Numbered from the stretch's first letter, positions 25,271 through 39,041 are shown. The stretch: 64,000 nt of DNA from Eledone cirrhosa (GCA_964016885.1 OZ024744.1:50902001-50966000), one strand, 5' to 3'. The notes: generated by a model from the letters alone, not told the origin. Numbers and translations are program-made.

Positions 25271-26375
25271 TATAAATACATAATCGGAGAAAGCTAATAG
25301 CGATACTCCGGCCAAATTCCAACTCACTCAACAAACATTAGGAAATACCTGAATATATTCCCAATTAAACGTTTGGGGTGCTAATTATATTGTATTGTGT
25401 GGATAATTGGCTGTATTATTTCATATGAGATATATCAAATGTATCATTTCCCAGACGACTCGTTTCATTATAAGATTTCTACAAATTGGCTGAAAATATA
25501 CCAAATTATGTAGAAGCTTGTATAAGATAAACAGATACTTATTCAAGTGGGCTCTTATAAATCTTCAGTGGGTGCCCAATAATATTAATATTGATAACCA
25601 AATCAACATCAATATTTAGTGATAATCACCATCAGTGTTTGAGGGAGCTGCTAGGTTGTTAGTCCAGCAGATCTAAAGAAAATCTCACACTGTCCCGAAA
25701 ATGGGAGGAAGGAGGCTACCGCCAAAACCAATACATGCGCAGGTCGTTGAACTCCGACAAGAATTCAAGCCACGTGCTAAGAACTCAATTGTATATGAAA
25801 AAATAACTATATGTGTGCACCGCTAAATGACACATATAGATATTTTCTCGGGCAAAATAACAGAATGAGATACAAGAACTAACAATCAATATTCATATAA
25901 AAAATAAACAAAGAGAGTCATACCTTATATCGGGAAAGTTCATATCTGTTGCTCCAAGAGTAAATATATAAATACATAATCGGAGAAAGCTAAAAGCGAT
26001 ACTCCAGCCAAATTCCAACTCACTCAACAAACATTAGGAAATACCTGAGTATATTCCCAATTAAATGTTTGGGGTGCTAATTATATTGTATTGTGTGGAT
26101 AATTGGCTGTATTATTTCATATGACCCCGTAAGGATGAAAGGCAAAGTTAACCCGCCGAGGTTAACTTTGCCTTTAATCCTTACGGGGTCGATAAAATAA
26201 AGTACCAGTAATACACTGGGTAATTGCTGGCCTTGTGCCAAAAGTAGAAACAATTATTTCATATGAGATATATCAAATATATCATTTCCCAGACGACTCA
26301 TTTCATTATAAGATTTCTACAAGTTGGGTGAAATTATACCAAGTTATGTAGAAGCTTGTATAAGATCAACAGATA
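25271..26375 (+). repeat. ~265-bp direct duplication (25271-25535 and 25968-26375); the second copy carries a SINE insertion
   Basis: tataaatacataatcggagaaagcta...gtagaagcttgtataagat occurs twice. Confidence 0.9.
26123..26252 (+). mobile_element. 5'-inverted (fold-back) SINE insertion with a ~14-bp TSD
   Basis: 31-bp palindromic arms 26123-26153 / 26160-26190; TSD attatttcatatga at 26111 and 26253. Confidence 0.88.
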
Positions 26376-27169
26376 CACACATATATAGAGAGAGGTAGAA
26401 CACTTGTGTTACCACTTCTATATATATATATATATGATATCTCTAAATAAATACGGTACGTTTATAAATAAACATTTAGAAAGCATAGCTATGAAAAACT
26501 CTGGCAGCGAACGCCACCCAACGGTGTCAGGCAGAAGCAAGGGGTCAATTGTCGATGCATTTCGAACTCAACTGGTTCTCGTCAGGACAATCTCTCTCAC
26601 TCTTGCCACTGCTGGACTTTGAAAACAGGCGAAAATATATTGTTTCATCGTCTGTGTAAATGAGGTGATTAATCTCATTTTCATATGAAGCTGTATAAAT
26701 TGGCCCAGCTTCGAACATAGCTGTATACAGATATGTTTTGAAATTTCGTATTTCTAAAGAAATACGGTCTGTTTATGAATAAACATTTAGAAAGCTGTAG
26801 CAATGAAAAACACTGGCAGCTAACGCCACCAAGCGGTGTCCATCTTTAGAAATACAAAATTCAAATACATATATGTATATATAATATCAAAGAGTAATAT
26901 GTATTTTGCCTGCATCCCCATCTTCTGTTGTTGTTGTCGTTGTTACAGCTCACAGCTATATAGGTTTAGTTTGCAGCAAGGTATTCTTTCTATCCGTTAG
27001 TCTAATTAATGATTCTGTCTATTCGCTGTATTGTATGTAGTCATAGGTATACTAGTCTGAAAGTGATGGTCATGTATGGCAAGTCTCTCATAATAGATGA
27101 GTTGGATCAGTGCTGAATCTAACAATAAAAGGACTTGGATAAGTAAAACTAATTCAATCCAATAATGAT

Positions 27170-27310
27170 TTCTGAGACACAAGGCCAACAATTTTTGTAG
27201 TAGAAAAAGTCGATTAAATCGACCGCAGTACGTTACAGGTACTTATTTTTATTGACCCCGTAAGGATGAAAAGCAAAGCTAACCTCGATGGGATTTGAAC
27301 TCGGAACATA
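27170..27310 (-). mobile_element. tRNA-derived SINE (Meta-domain-like), diverged
   Basis: gaccccgtaaggatgaaaagcaaagctaacctcgatgggatttgaactc. Confidence 0.7.
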
Positions 27311-27639
27311 ATTCATCCAATAATATATGTATTTATAATTATTTTTGTGAAGCAAAGATAACTCTTCCAAAAATACATTGAAGTTGTAATAAATTGTAAT
27401 AATTTTTTAGGATGGTAATAGTGTACGGAGAAAGAGAGAGAAAACGCCTTTGGTCAGTATTAGGTTTGCCTCTCAGAGTAACCAGAGTGGTTGTGAAAGA
27501 CCTGGAGTTATTCATATATGCCAATCTTTCACCTATTTCACACTGATGTTGGCCAAGGGAAAGAAGGTAAAAGCCGATGCAGCTTAGTGCAAGCGTCATT
27601 ATAATTCATATTTACATTATTTATGTACTAGCTATATAC

Positions 27640-27742
27640 TGAGTGGTTAGAGTATTGGATTCACAATCGTGGAGTTACGAGTTCGGTTCCTGGACCGGGT
27701 GATATGTTATGTCCTTGAACAAGATACTTTATTTTATGTTGG
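27640..27742 (+). mobile_element. tRNA-derived SINE head of a second family (related pieces at 37528-37565 and 45682-45920)
   Basis: A-box-like gagtggttagag, B-box gagttcggttcc, followed by gtccttgaacaagatacttt (CORE-like). Confidence 0.55.
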
Positions 27743-27877
27743 TCTTTTTGCCAGGAGTTGTGAATGACAGACAGTATCAGTAATGGAAAGACCAATGGAA
27801 ACATTGTTTCTTTGGTTCGATTTCACGAATTCCATCCAACTCGGAAAGCGAATGACGTCTAGAATCTTGTTGATTTC

Positions 27878-27942
<65 letters not shown>

Positions 27943-28182
27943 ATGTGTGTGTATACTATAATTCTGTGATTGTGTGATTGTCTGTAATGTAACAGCCATA
28001 ACGGCGCATAATGGGATAATATTTTGAAAGGAAGTTGCCTCGGAAATGGGAATACAAATGGAATAAAATAAGTTTCGCCTAATTCGGAGCACGGTATCCC
28101 GAGATACGGGGTTTTTCTGAGTACATTCATAAACAGAGAGATAGAAAGATAGAGAGAAAGAGATAGTGGTTGTGAGAGAGTA

Positions 28183-28247
<65 letters not shown>

Positions 28248-28385
28248 AAAATGGAATAGAGAGATAGAGCTGGTGGTGTTGAATGAAATTATAAATTATA
28301 ATAGGTGGCTTCAAAGAATCGAATACAGCATTACTGTATGTGTAGAGAATATTTCCTGCTAAATAGGAAGGGTTTCTAAGTGTTT

Positions 28386-28454
<69 letters not shown>

Positions 28455-28931
28455 ATCTATATATTAATTTCAACAATGTCAGTATTTCGTGTGTCATAAT
28501 TCTTGATTATCATTGGTTCATAGGTTTCAAACGACTCCGCCCACCTCAACGATGCCAAACTTAAATTAATATGTATAATGCCAATGAGGGAGTGAGAGGG
28601 GAGAGTAAGAAACAGAGAGGCAAAGTGAACGCTGTAACTATTACCATGTATGTGCGCGTATGTTTATGTGTGCGTGCGTGCGTGCAGCGTTCCACAGAAA
28701 GTAAAAACTATCAACATGTGTGAGTGTGTGCGTGTGCGTGTGTAAGTTTGCGTGCGTGTTTGCGTTTCCATGCGTGTGTACGTGGAGCGTTCCACAACCG
28801 CCACGCAGTTTATCTGTCTGTGTGCCTGTCTGTCAGTCTAACATACACAGAGTTGTGAAGGGAGTAAATAGGGACCCTTTTTTACATTGGCGGACATCTT
28901 TTATATTTATTATTGTATAATTTTCTGACAA

Positions 28932-29189
28932 TTGCTCGAAATGAATACTGATAATAAAAGCAATTCGACTTTATCAAACAGTGAACTACAGCGGCGACGG
29001 CGTGCAGCCAGGAATGAAGAAAAACGGGCCGAACAGCGCCATCGGAACGCCGAACTTCAGAGGCGAAGACGTGCCGCCATGAATGAAGAGGAGCTGGCTG
29101 AACAACGCCAACAAACCACTGTAGCCAAGCAGCGACGGCGTGCTGCGATGGTTGAAGACGAACTGGCTGAGCATCATCTTTTATATTAA
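28932..29189 (+). pseudogene. Possible Helitron Rep/helicase N-terminal repeat fragment
   Basis: Three ~23-aa QRRRRAAxNEEExAEQR repeats, directly adjacent to Helitron termini. Confidence 0.45.
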
Positions 29190-29204
29190 TTATCTATATC
29201 TATA

Positions 29205-29551
29205 TCTACATATAATATAAAATATTGGAACTTCCATCATCCTTTTGAGAAACGTGGAACAACCACGTCTATGCAATGATACACGTTTTACAGTCAGGCA
29301 GAAGATGAACGATCTCCTAGAGGCCACTATTCTAGGTAGGAGCACATAGAATTGTTCATATACTATGCACAAACGGTACGACGAAGAATCTGGTATATCT
29401 GGAAGATTTATTTTACTGTTTTTTGAATCATACAGACACCACGGACTCGCCTCATACTGTAACCAGACAAACATCCAATACAGTCATTTTCTCTTTTACC
29501 TGTCTTCTCTTATCATCTGTTTACCCGGGCGAAGCTGGGTACGTCAGCTAG
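29205..29551 (+). mobile_element. Non-autonomous Helitron
   Basis: 5' a|TCtacatataatataaaa; 3' hairpin acccgggcgaagctgggt then CTAG|t. Confidence 0.65.
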
Positions 29552-29792
29552 TAATAATAAATGTGAAGACTAAAATCTGCGTGTAATCGTTCTCATCGCT
29601 CCACATAACGACGTAATTATCCTCGCTTTTTTCCATTCATTGCCAGGGGACGTTTTCACGAACCAAAATATCGTCTTTCTGTTTTCCTTCGGTTGTAACG
29701 TTTTTCGAAATATTTACTTTTGCGTTCACAGATTGTTTTTTTTTAATTTCAGAAGATCCCGTTAAGCGATTCTTTGCTTAAATTTTAATCTG

Positions 29793-29869
<77 letters not shown>

Positions 29870-29874
<5 letters not shown>

Positions 29875-30165
29875 ATACTTTGGGAGGGTCATGTTGCCAA
29901 TAAGAAACACACGCACCAGTTGCTTTCACTTCAATTTATTATATATTTATAAATTTATAAGTTTATAAATTTATAAATTTCTGGTTGGTTGGTTGGTTCC
30001 ACAACCAGATAGTTGTTTATATATAGTCATAGTTCTTTCGTCACACACTCTGTGACCTCTTCAGTGACTGGGGATTCCTTTCTTTGTTTCTCCCAAAGTA
30101 TAACAATATCGGTTTCAACACACGATTTCAGATAAAGAATCTTGCTAAACATATTCAGAAACGAA
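29870..30165. repeat. Interspersed repeat (probably Penelope-associated) with an internal inverted terminus
   Basis: ttgttatactttgggag at 29870 and its reverse complement at ~30090; same arrangement at 53960-54340. Confidence 0.55.
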
Positions 30166-30199
<34 letters not shown>

Positions 30200-31099
30200 T
30201 TACGTGCGCGTGCGTGTGTGTGTACATCTATGTGTATGCGTCTCTGTGACCTGTGCATATAGGTCACCTCCACACACAGAGACACCTCCACACACACAGA
30301 CACACACACGCACGCACGCACGCACGCACGCCCCCCCCCACACACAAACATACATATATATCCTGGCTTATGCTTCATAATATATATATATATATTTTCT
30401 TTGAGTTTCTGGTCTGGCTTCTTGCCACCGGAAGCCCTCCCCTCTCAAACTATTCTGTCGTTCTGTTGATTACGCGACATGTCGGAATCCATGGCCTGTT
30501 ACTTCACTACAGGCAAACATCCATGGTAACTGTCTCCGTCTTCCTGCAATTTAAACTATCGTTTTTAAAAATATATCCACGTTTCTCTCATTTTACATTG
30601 AGTAACTTCCTGTTGCAGCACTGTTGGAATGGTTCCAGTTCCAGATAAATTATTTGATGTCAGTGTTGTTGGTTGAAATCTCATAGTAGTCTTGTATTGA
30701 TAAAGTTTCGTCTGTATTTAATATAATGTCTTGACAGTGCTGCTGCTACTAGTAAGGCCAACTAGGCAGCTGCCTAGTTGGATAATGGGTCTCTTTGAGA
30801 CCCATTACTGATCCTTAAAGGATCACAACTTTATACACAATTAACTTAAATATATAATAATTTCCCGTGACTATATATATATATATATATGTATATATAT
30901 TTATACGCATTTGTGTGTGTATATACTGGGCCGGCGCTACCATCAAGGCCGACTAGGCAGTTGCTTAGGGCGCTGATCTCAGAAAGATGCACTACTGACC
31001 CTTAAAGGATCACAATTTTATACATATCAGTAAAATTAGCTTAAATATCAATCAATCAAGCAATTAATTGATTTATTTCCGCGAGACTCCTTATATCAT

Positions 31100-33882
31100 G
31101 TATATTAATGGATGTCGAATAAAGCCTCTCCATTTGTGTTTAGATCGGGGTCACCATTCCTTCCAGTAATTCCTCTCTATGTCAGGTGGTCAGTGCCAAC
31201 ATGTGTATTGAAGTCTCCCATCAGGATATATGACTCAATCTTAATTACATCTAATGCTGCAGTGACTCCATCAAGGAAGGACCTGCACTTGGATTCAATT
31301 CATACTCTCTAAACCAACAGAGACCTATCTTTCAGCCATAGCTTCAAGAGGTAAATCTTCCCTCCTAATGGAACACATTCTGACAGCTGGGAATTTGTAA
31401 GTATCTCCACTCCCATCTGTGCAATCATTTCTGGCGCTACACCTGAATAGTGGAGTTTCCATCTACAGTATCAGCACCATGGAACGTTGTTGAGGAAACC
31501 CTGACTATATCCAGCTGGTAGCATCTAGCTTCTTCCACTAGTTCCTGCTCCCTACCTGTAAGGCTTGTGATGTTCCAGGTTCAATGGTTACGGTTTGCTC
31601 CCTTTCGAACCATTTTTGAGTTCTCGGGATACGCAAACTTTGTGCGTCTATACCAAGCTCACCAAGACAGGTCACAGGCCAATCGTCAGTTCTTGCAGCA
31701 TGAGATGGAGACTGCAATATATTTTTCAAATAGGCTCCTCTACCTAAGGCCTGAACGTGTTCCTTGTTAACTCGTGTGAAGGACGATGTGGTATGATTCT
31801 TTTTGTTGCCTCAAACCATATTGCAGTTTTGGAGGTTTCATTTGTGCCAGTCACCAATCTGGTACTTTCTCAGACCCACGGAGACTAGGCTTTTTTAGAG
31901 GCGGTCGTAACTCTCCTTGTCCTAGCTACATCACTGGGTTATGAGAGTTTTCTTGGGAGATAAAGGTGTCACCCATTGGTCCATCACCTCTAGTATTTTA
32001 CCGCAGTTAGTCCGGGGCTGCTTATTCGCCCGGCTGGAGCCTGTTGATATCGCAACTAGCCATCATATTTGGTGACCGTATCGCTATTCACCATCTGCGA
32101 CCCGTTCTCTAGCAGAACAGCCCTAGGTTTGTTAGTGTCCCTGATGTTTTCGATAATGTGCTGGATGTTCGGGTTAAGAAAGGGCCTGAGCTGTTCACTG
32201 ATCGCCATCTAGTTATCTGCAACTTGAGATTACCTAAAGCCAAAGAAGCCCACAAAACTGGCAGGTTCAGGTTGACCTACAGGTTAAAGCGGGAAGCGTT
32301 GGTGGATAAAGAAGTCAGGATCAGGTCTGCGGTTACTATTGCATCCAAACTCAGAGAACTCCCTGAACAAACTGATGACGTTAAAACGGAGAGGAGACAG
32401 CTAATCTTGGCATTTCTGCTTCAGCTGTTAAATGCTGCTGGCAAAACCGGCTTGCTGTAGCGCCGGTTGGCAGGAAAACCCTTTGGTTTAATCAAGAGGT
32501 CAAAGATGTCATCCGAGGAAAGAAGGAGGCCTACAAAGCTTGGCTTGGAAATAGGTTCTCCTTCTTGCACTTGGGGTATTATCAGACACGAAAAGCGTCC
32601 AAAGTTAAGATATGGGAGGACTTTGGGGTTAAGCTGGAATCCGACTTCAGTTCAGCAAATAAAATGTCTGGCAGGACTTCCAATAAGCTCTCCTTCACAC
32701 ATGCTATGGGGTCTCCTTGCTTCAGAGAGGTGAATCCTCGCGGGGTGGCGAGAATACTTTACTGATCTCTTAAAACCTAGCCACAACAGCATTTTCTGAT
32801 GTACACGAAAGGCGATAACTAATCTCTCGGAAGCTGAGGTCACATGAGCAATTAAAGAACTTAAATGTAGCAAGGGCGCTGGGGAAGATGAAATTTGGCC
32901 CGAGATGTTAAAGGCCTTAAATAGAGAAGGTATTCTTTGGATGACCTGGATCTCTGGAAAGGCACTTAAGCAATGGTAATCGGGAGCGAAAAGGCCCACC
33001 TGCTGTGGAAGGTCTTGCAAAAGGATAAGTTAGATGGCAGCTTCTTGTTATCCTGATGTCTCTATACGAATGCCCTAGTATTTGTGTTCGGATAAATTGT
33101 GCTAAATCGAAACCATTCAATTTGGGAATCGGACTTCGCCAAGGGTGTATGTATACTGTCACCTCTCCTGTTCATAATCTTCATAAACAGGATTGACATG
33201 TGCAGGGTGTGAGGTGGTATTACGATTGGTGATGTAGGATCAGTCGACTGGAATTTGCAGACATAGTGTTACTCAACTCAACAGAAGGTGATCTCCGACA
33301 TGCACTTGATAGGTTTAATGTCGAGTGCTGGATGACTGGAATAAAACTCAGTGCTGCGAAGATCGAGACACTCGTCGTCTCAAAGAAGCCTGTACAGTGC
33401 ACGCTACATGTGAATGGAGTTCCACTAAAGCAGGTGGAGAAGCTCAAGTATCTCGGGGCTGTGTTCACGAGTGATGGAAGGCAGAAGCTAGTGCAGTAAT
33501 ACACTAGCTTCAGCATTTGGTAATGAGATGTGTAAATGCCAAACTTCAATTGGTATTCTTCAATTGGTATTCGTGCCAATCCTTACCAATGGTCATGAAC
33601 ATTGGGTAATGACCGAAAGAATACGATCGCAAACCGAAATGGGGTTCCTCCGAAGGGGCTTTGGAGTAACCTTACTCGATAGAATGTGTAACTCGGACAT
33701 CAGAGAGTCACTCCATCTAGAGCCACTACTACTCATGAGATCACAGCACCGGTACTATGAACACGGTTGCTTCTGACAGGACTCACTGGAAGGTGTGCTT
33801 GAGGACTGTGCCTCAATGACCATACCAAGAAGAAGAAGAAGAAGAAGAAGAAGAAGAAGAAGAAGAAGAAGAAGAAGAAGAA
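31100..33882 (+). mobile_element. Degenerate RTE (Expander/Rex3-like) LINE with an inverted 5' part and (GAA)n tail
   Basis: Minus 31110-31590: TWNITSLTGREQELVEEA and ILMGDFNTHVG (APE). Plus 32140-33780: VLDVRVKKGPELFTDRHLV, GLRQGC, EFADIV, KYLG. (GAA)n at 33828-33882. Confidence 0.82.
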
Positions 33883-34504
33883 GATCTACGTATTTGTGTT
33901 TGTATAGTCAGCGCTACCGTTAAGGTCAACTAGGCAGCTGACTAGGGTGCAGATCTCAGAGAGACGCAATGCTGATCTTTAAAGTACCACAATTTTATAT
34001 ATATCATAATATAATAAAGAAAGGAGTGCGGGACTGCGTCCAGAATATATTTTTTTTATCCCCTTTGTAAAATAAGTTGGATTACTTTGAATACATAATG
34101 AATGAATATTACATAATTTATGTAATAAATTTCGTAACTCTTGATTAAATATAAATAATTTTATTGCTTATTTCAAGATTCACTTCTTTTAACATTTTCA
34201 AATGTCAATACTTCCGGTTATGATATAACGGACGCTATATCACATATCGTGCTCTTAAAGTGTTCAGCAAACATTTTCTGTCAGTTTACTAAAAATTCAA
34301 AAGAAAAGATTGGTTTACATTTGAAGATTGATTCAAGAATTGTTTCTGTCAAGAGATCGAAGGATATTGTAAGTCTATATAATTAGATTTATAATATAAT
34401 TGATTGATTTTGTGCAATCCTCCGGGTCAGCCGAAATACACTTGGTGACTTGTGTAAAATTGCATGGTTGTAATTTTACTACTGTATCACTATATCACAT
34501 GTTA

Positions 34505-36194
34505 CAGACATGGACCAATGAACGAGAGGCTGATAACACAGCGTCTACAACTGTATATCTCTGTATCACATGCCACATTGAACCAATGAACGAAAGGCTG
34601 ATAACACAGCGTCTCCAATTGTATATGACATCACATGTCACATTGGACCAATGAACGAGAGGTTGATAACAACGTGTCTACCACTGTATATCTCTATATC
34701 ACATGCCACATTGGACCAATGAACGAAAGGTTGATAACAACGTGTCTACCACTGTATATCTCTATATCACATGTCACATGGACCAATGAACGAGAGGTTG
34801 ATAACAACGTGTCTACCACTGTATATCTATATATCACATGTCACATGAACCAATGAACGAAAGGCTGATAACAACGTGTCTACCACTGTATATCTCTATA
34901 TCACATGTCACATGGACCAATGAACGAGAGGTTGATAACAACGTGTCTACCACTGTATATCTCTATATCACATGTCACATTGGACCAATGAACGAGAGGT
35001 TGATAACAACGTGTCTACCACTGTATATCTCTATATCACATGTCACATGGACCAATGAACGAGAGGTTGATAACAACGTGTCTACCACTGTATATCTCTA
35101 TATCACATGTCACATGGACCAATGAACGAGAGGTTGATAACAACGTGTCTACCACTGTATATCTCTATATCACATGTCACATGGACCAATGAACGAGAGG
35201 TTGATAACAACGTGTCTACCACTGTATATCTCTATATCACATGTCACATGGACGAATGAACGAGAGGTTGATAACAACGTGTCTACCACTGTATATCTCT
35301 ATATCACATGTCACATGGACCAATGAACGAGAGGTTGATAACAACGTGTCTACCACTGTATATCTCTATATCACATGTCACATGGACCAATGAACGAGAG
35401 GTTGATAACAACGTGTCTACCACTGTATATCTCTATATCACATGTCACATGGACCAATGAACGAGAGGTTGATAACAACGTGTCTACCACTGTATATCTC
35501 TATATCACATGTCACATGGACCAATGAACGAGAGGTTGATAACAACGTGTCTACCACTGTATATCTCTATATCACATGTCACATGGACCAATGAACGAAA
35601 GGCTGATAACAACGTGTCTACCACTGTATATCTCTATATCACATGTCACATGGACCAATGAACGAAAGGTTGATAACAACGTGTCTACCACTGTATATCT
35701 CTATATCACATGTCACATGGACCAATGAACGAAAGGCTGATAACAACGTGTCTACCACTGTATATCTCTATATCACATGTCACATGGACCAATGAACGAG
35801 AGGTTGATAACAACGTGTCTACCACTGTATATCTCTATATCACATGTCACATGGACCAATGAACGAAAGGCTGATAACAACGTGTCTACCACTGTATATC
35901 TCTATATCACATGTCACATGGACCAATGAACGAAAGGTTGATAACAACGTGTCTACCACTGTATATCTCTATATCACATGTCACATGGACCAATGAACGA
36001 AAGGTTGATAACAACGTGTCTACCACTGTATATCTCTATATCACATGTCACATGGACCAATGAACGAAAGGTTGATAACAACGTGTCTACCACTGTATAT
36101 CTCTATATCACATGTCACATGGACCAATGAACGAAAGGTTGATAACAACGTGTCTACCACTGTATATCTCTATATCACATGTCACATGGACCAA
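34505..36194 (+). repeat. 67-bp tandem minisatellite, about 25 units
   Basis: Unit ggaccaatgaacgagaggttgataacaacgtgtctaccactgtatatctctatatcacatgtcacat; degenerate at the left edge and homogeneous to the right. Confidence 0.97.
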
Positions 36195-36389
36195 AGCGTT
36201 TCAATTTCCCATAATTGGAAACAATTATGGGAGAGAATGCAATTAATCTTAAGGATTTTTGGGAATATTAATGATGAATAGGTACGATATAACAAGAAAT
36301 AATACGAGAGGCGGTTTTGGATAAAAAATATAATTCCTAACTGCAGAAATAATATTTTTTGAAGCTCCAGCTAGAGACACTATTTCTCT

Positions 36390-36734
36390 GAATTGAGAGA
36401 TAACAGCTCCGATGTTACGGACATATAGTTAGAATGTCTTAGGGAAGAATAGTTGGACAGATTTTATGGATAAAACCAACCGGCAGGAGACCCAGTGGGT
36501 AGACCCCGAGCAAGATGGTTGGATAACATCCATGAGCGTGGCTGGTCTCACTTTGGGATCCAACCGGATCAGTTGAAGAGGAGGGAGTGTTTGAGGACTC
36601 TGCCTCCACGACTTTCTAGGGAATAAGTGGGCGAAGAAGAAGAAGAAGAAGAAGAAGAAGAAGAAGAAGAAGAAGAAGAAGAAGAAGAAGAAGAAGAAGA
36701 AGAAGAAGAAGAAGAAGAAGAAGAAGAAGAAGAA
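36390..36734 (+). mobile_element. RTE 3' fragment with a long (GAA)n tail
   Basis: QLRCYGHIVRM...KPTGRRPSGRPRARWLDNI; (GAA)n at 36633-36734. Confidence 0.75.
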
Positions 36735-37002
36735 ACTGATGACACAAGAATCATAACAGAGAAGATTAGAGATCATTCAACTTGGTTTACAATTGGGAAT
36801 TGTCTAGAACAGACAAGAGTGACGTCAGGGAATTGTTTCACTAAGAAGATGTGGAAACATTAATGGCGAAGATATTTTAGATTTAGAATAATAACAACAC
36901 GGCATTTGATAAGGACGGTAGCCAAGACGGAACCATTCTGAATCAAGCAACATGGAAAAAGCATGAATTCATTGGATCATTAAGGATAGCAGGGCTGTTT
37001 TC

Positions 37003-37092
<90 letters not shown>

Positions 37093-37155
37093 TTGTGTAT
37101 GTGTGCGTGTGTGTATAACTAATAAAAAGAACAACATGCGTACATACAGCCCCTA

Positions 37156-37231
<76 letters not shown>

Positions 37232-37283
37232 TAGGGGCTTGAAATACTGTTGGCTTCTTGCTCACATTAATTTGTCTACTTTC

Positions 37284-37349
<66 letters not shown>

Positions 37350-37395
37350 AAATAACGGAGCAAAGGACTCGCGTATAATCCTGTAATTAAATGAG

Positions 37396-37488
<93 letters not shown>

Positions 37489-37810
37489 TAATTTGTCTAC
37501 TTTCATTTATATATATATATATATATAGAGGCGCATGGCTGAGTGGTTAGAGCATTGCGCTTGTAATTGAAATGTTATATATATATATATATATACCACA
37601 CTATTTCGGACTGCCTGAAGAGGTCACAGCCAAAGATGGCTCTCACTGAAATATATATACCACTAATAAACGAAGTTAAATTTTAAACATTTGGCTTCTA
37701 TTTAACTTTATTTTACATAACTCCGGAGTAACCAAACCAACCTGCGCACTTCGTCAAGGGCTCCAACCTGCATATTGAGGTGTTGGTATACAACCGACAT
37801 ATACTCAAAA

Positions 37811-37851
<41 letters not shown>

Positions 37852-37906
37852 TCGATTCTCATGCGCCTTCATGTATATATATATATATGTACGATTCTCA
37901 TGCGCC

Positions 37907-37953
<47 letters not shown>

Positions 37954-38459
37954 GATTCTCATGCGCCTTCATATATATATATATATATATATATATAAAT
38001 GAAAAATGGCGAGCTGTGTTGTTGCATATATGATATATATAATAAATGAAGAATTAGAAATAGAAGCCAGGACTATCCGTCATCAGTGGTCTCTCTTTCT
38101 CCACCCAACTCTTTTTATCCCAATAACTTAATTTAGTTATTGTATCGCCCTAGCTTGAGGTATATGGTCTGTAATGTGAAGAAATACCTATGATGTCTAG
38201 TAGACCACTGATGACGGACATTCCTGGCTTCTATTTCTAATTCTTCATTTATTATATATATATATAAAATAATAAAGTATGAATTCCTACGTGTAAAAAA
38301 TACATATGGGAAAACAAGTATTATCCAACCGTATGCCAATGTGCTTCTATGGCGGGTTAATAAATTAACAAGCCAGAACATATAAAATCAAGGTCTAGCA
38401 AATATAGAAAAAGTTTTAAAATAAATAAAAAAAAATTTCGCTGTACTTACTATATGTGT

Positions 38460-38540
38460 CTTTACTGCGGTTTCATGCTCCAGAATAAACGGAAAATCCA
38501 AGCGGATTTCCATTGAGAAGGGAGCAATCTTCAGAAAGCT
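38460..38540 (-). ncRNA. Minimal type-I hammerhead ribozyme (Penelope-type) with an extended stem II
   Basis: Minus: ttt CTGAAGA ttgctcc ...inner hairpin... ggagcat GAAAC cgca GTA aag. An inverted, truncated copy lies at 38860-38997. Confidence 0.7.
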
Positions 38541-38998
38541 CTTCTCTCTCGGAGAATATAAAATTCCCGAGTTCAAATCACAAACTGACGCCATACAAAA
38601 CCATTCCCAAATGAGAGCGGATGATGAAAGAAATAATTCTCTCTGGTGCCGTGTGCAAAAACAAAAGGCAGGGTGGACAGGCCAATGTCCGGCCACTAGA
38701 AATAGCAGCAGTCCAAACGGCCAAAATGTTATCTCTACCTTAGGGGGAGATCAATAATAATAAAGTATGAATTCCTACGTGTAAAAAATACATATAGGGA
38801 AACAAGTATTATCCAACCCTATACCAATGTGGTTCTATGGCGGGTTAATAAATTAATTTATTGCTCCCTTCTCAATGGAAATCCGCTTGGATTTTCCGTT
38901 TATTCTGGAGCATGAAACCGCAGTAAAGGCACATATAGTAAGTACAGCGAATTAAAAAAACAAAAAAAAAACCTTTTTCTCTATTTGCTAGACCTTGG

Positions 38999-39041
<43 letters not shown>

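Noticed and set aside
25690-25960. Possible host exon (minus-strand AG/GTATGA donor near 25922)
   Set aside because: No recognisable ORF or acceptor site; unsupported without transcript data.
26445-26842. ~85-bp direct repeat pair (also a ~70-bp pair at 22921-23075)
   Set aside because: Diverged local duplications with no TIR, TSD or coding signal.
27640-27700. tRNA gene
   Set aside because: Only A/B boxes without an acceptor stem, running into a SINE body.
37850-37972. Three ttcgattctcatgcgccttc repeats separated by spacers
   Set aside because: The spacers are only (TA)n; this is a slippage-type compound repeat.
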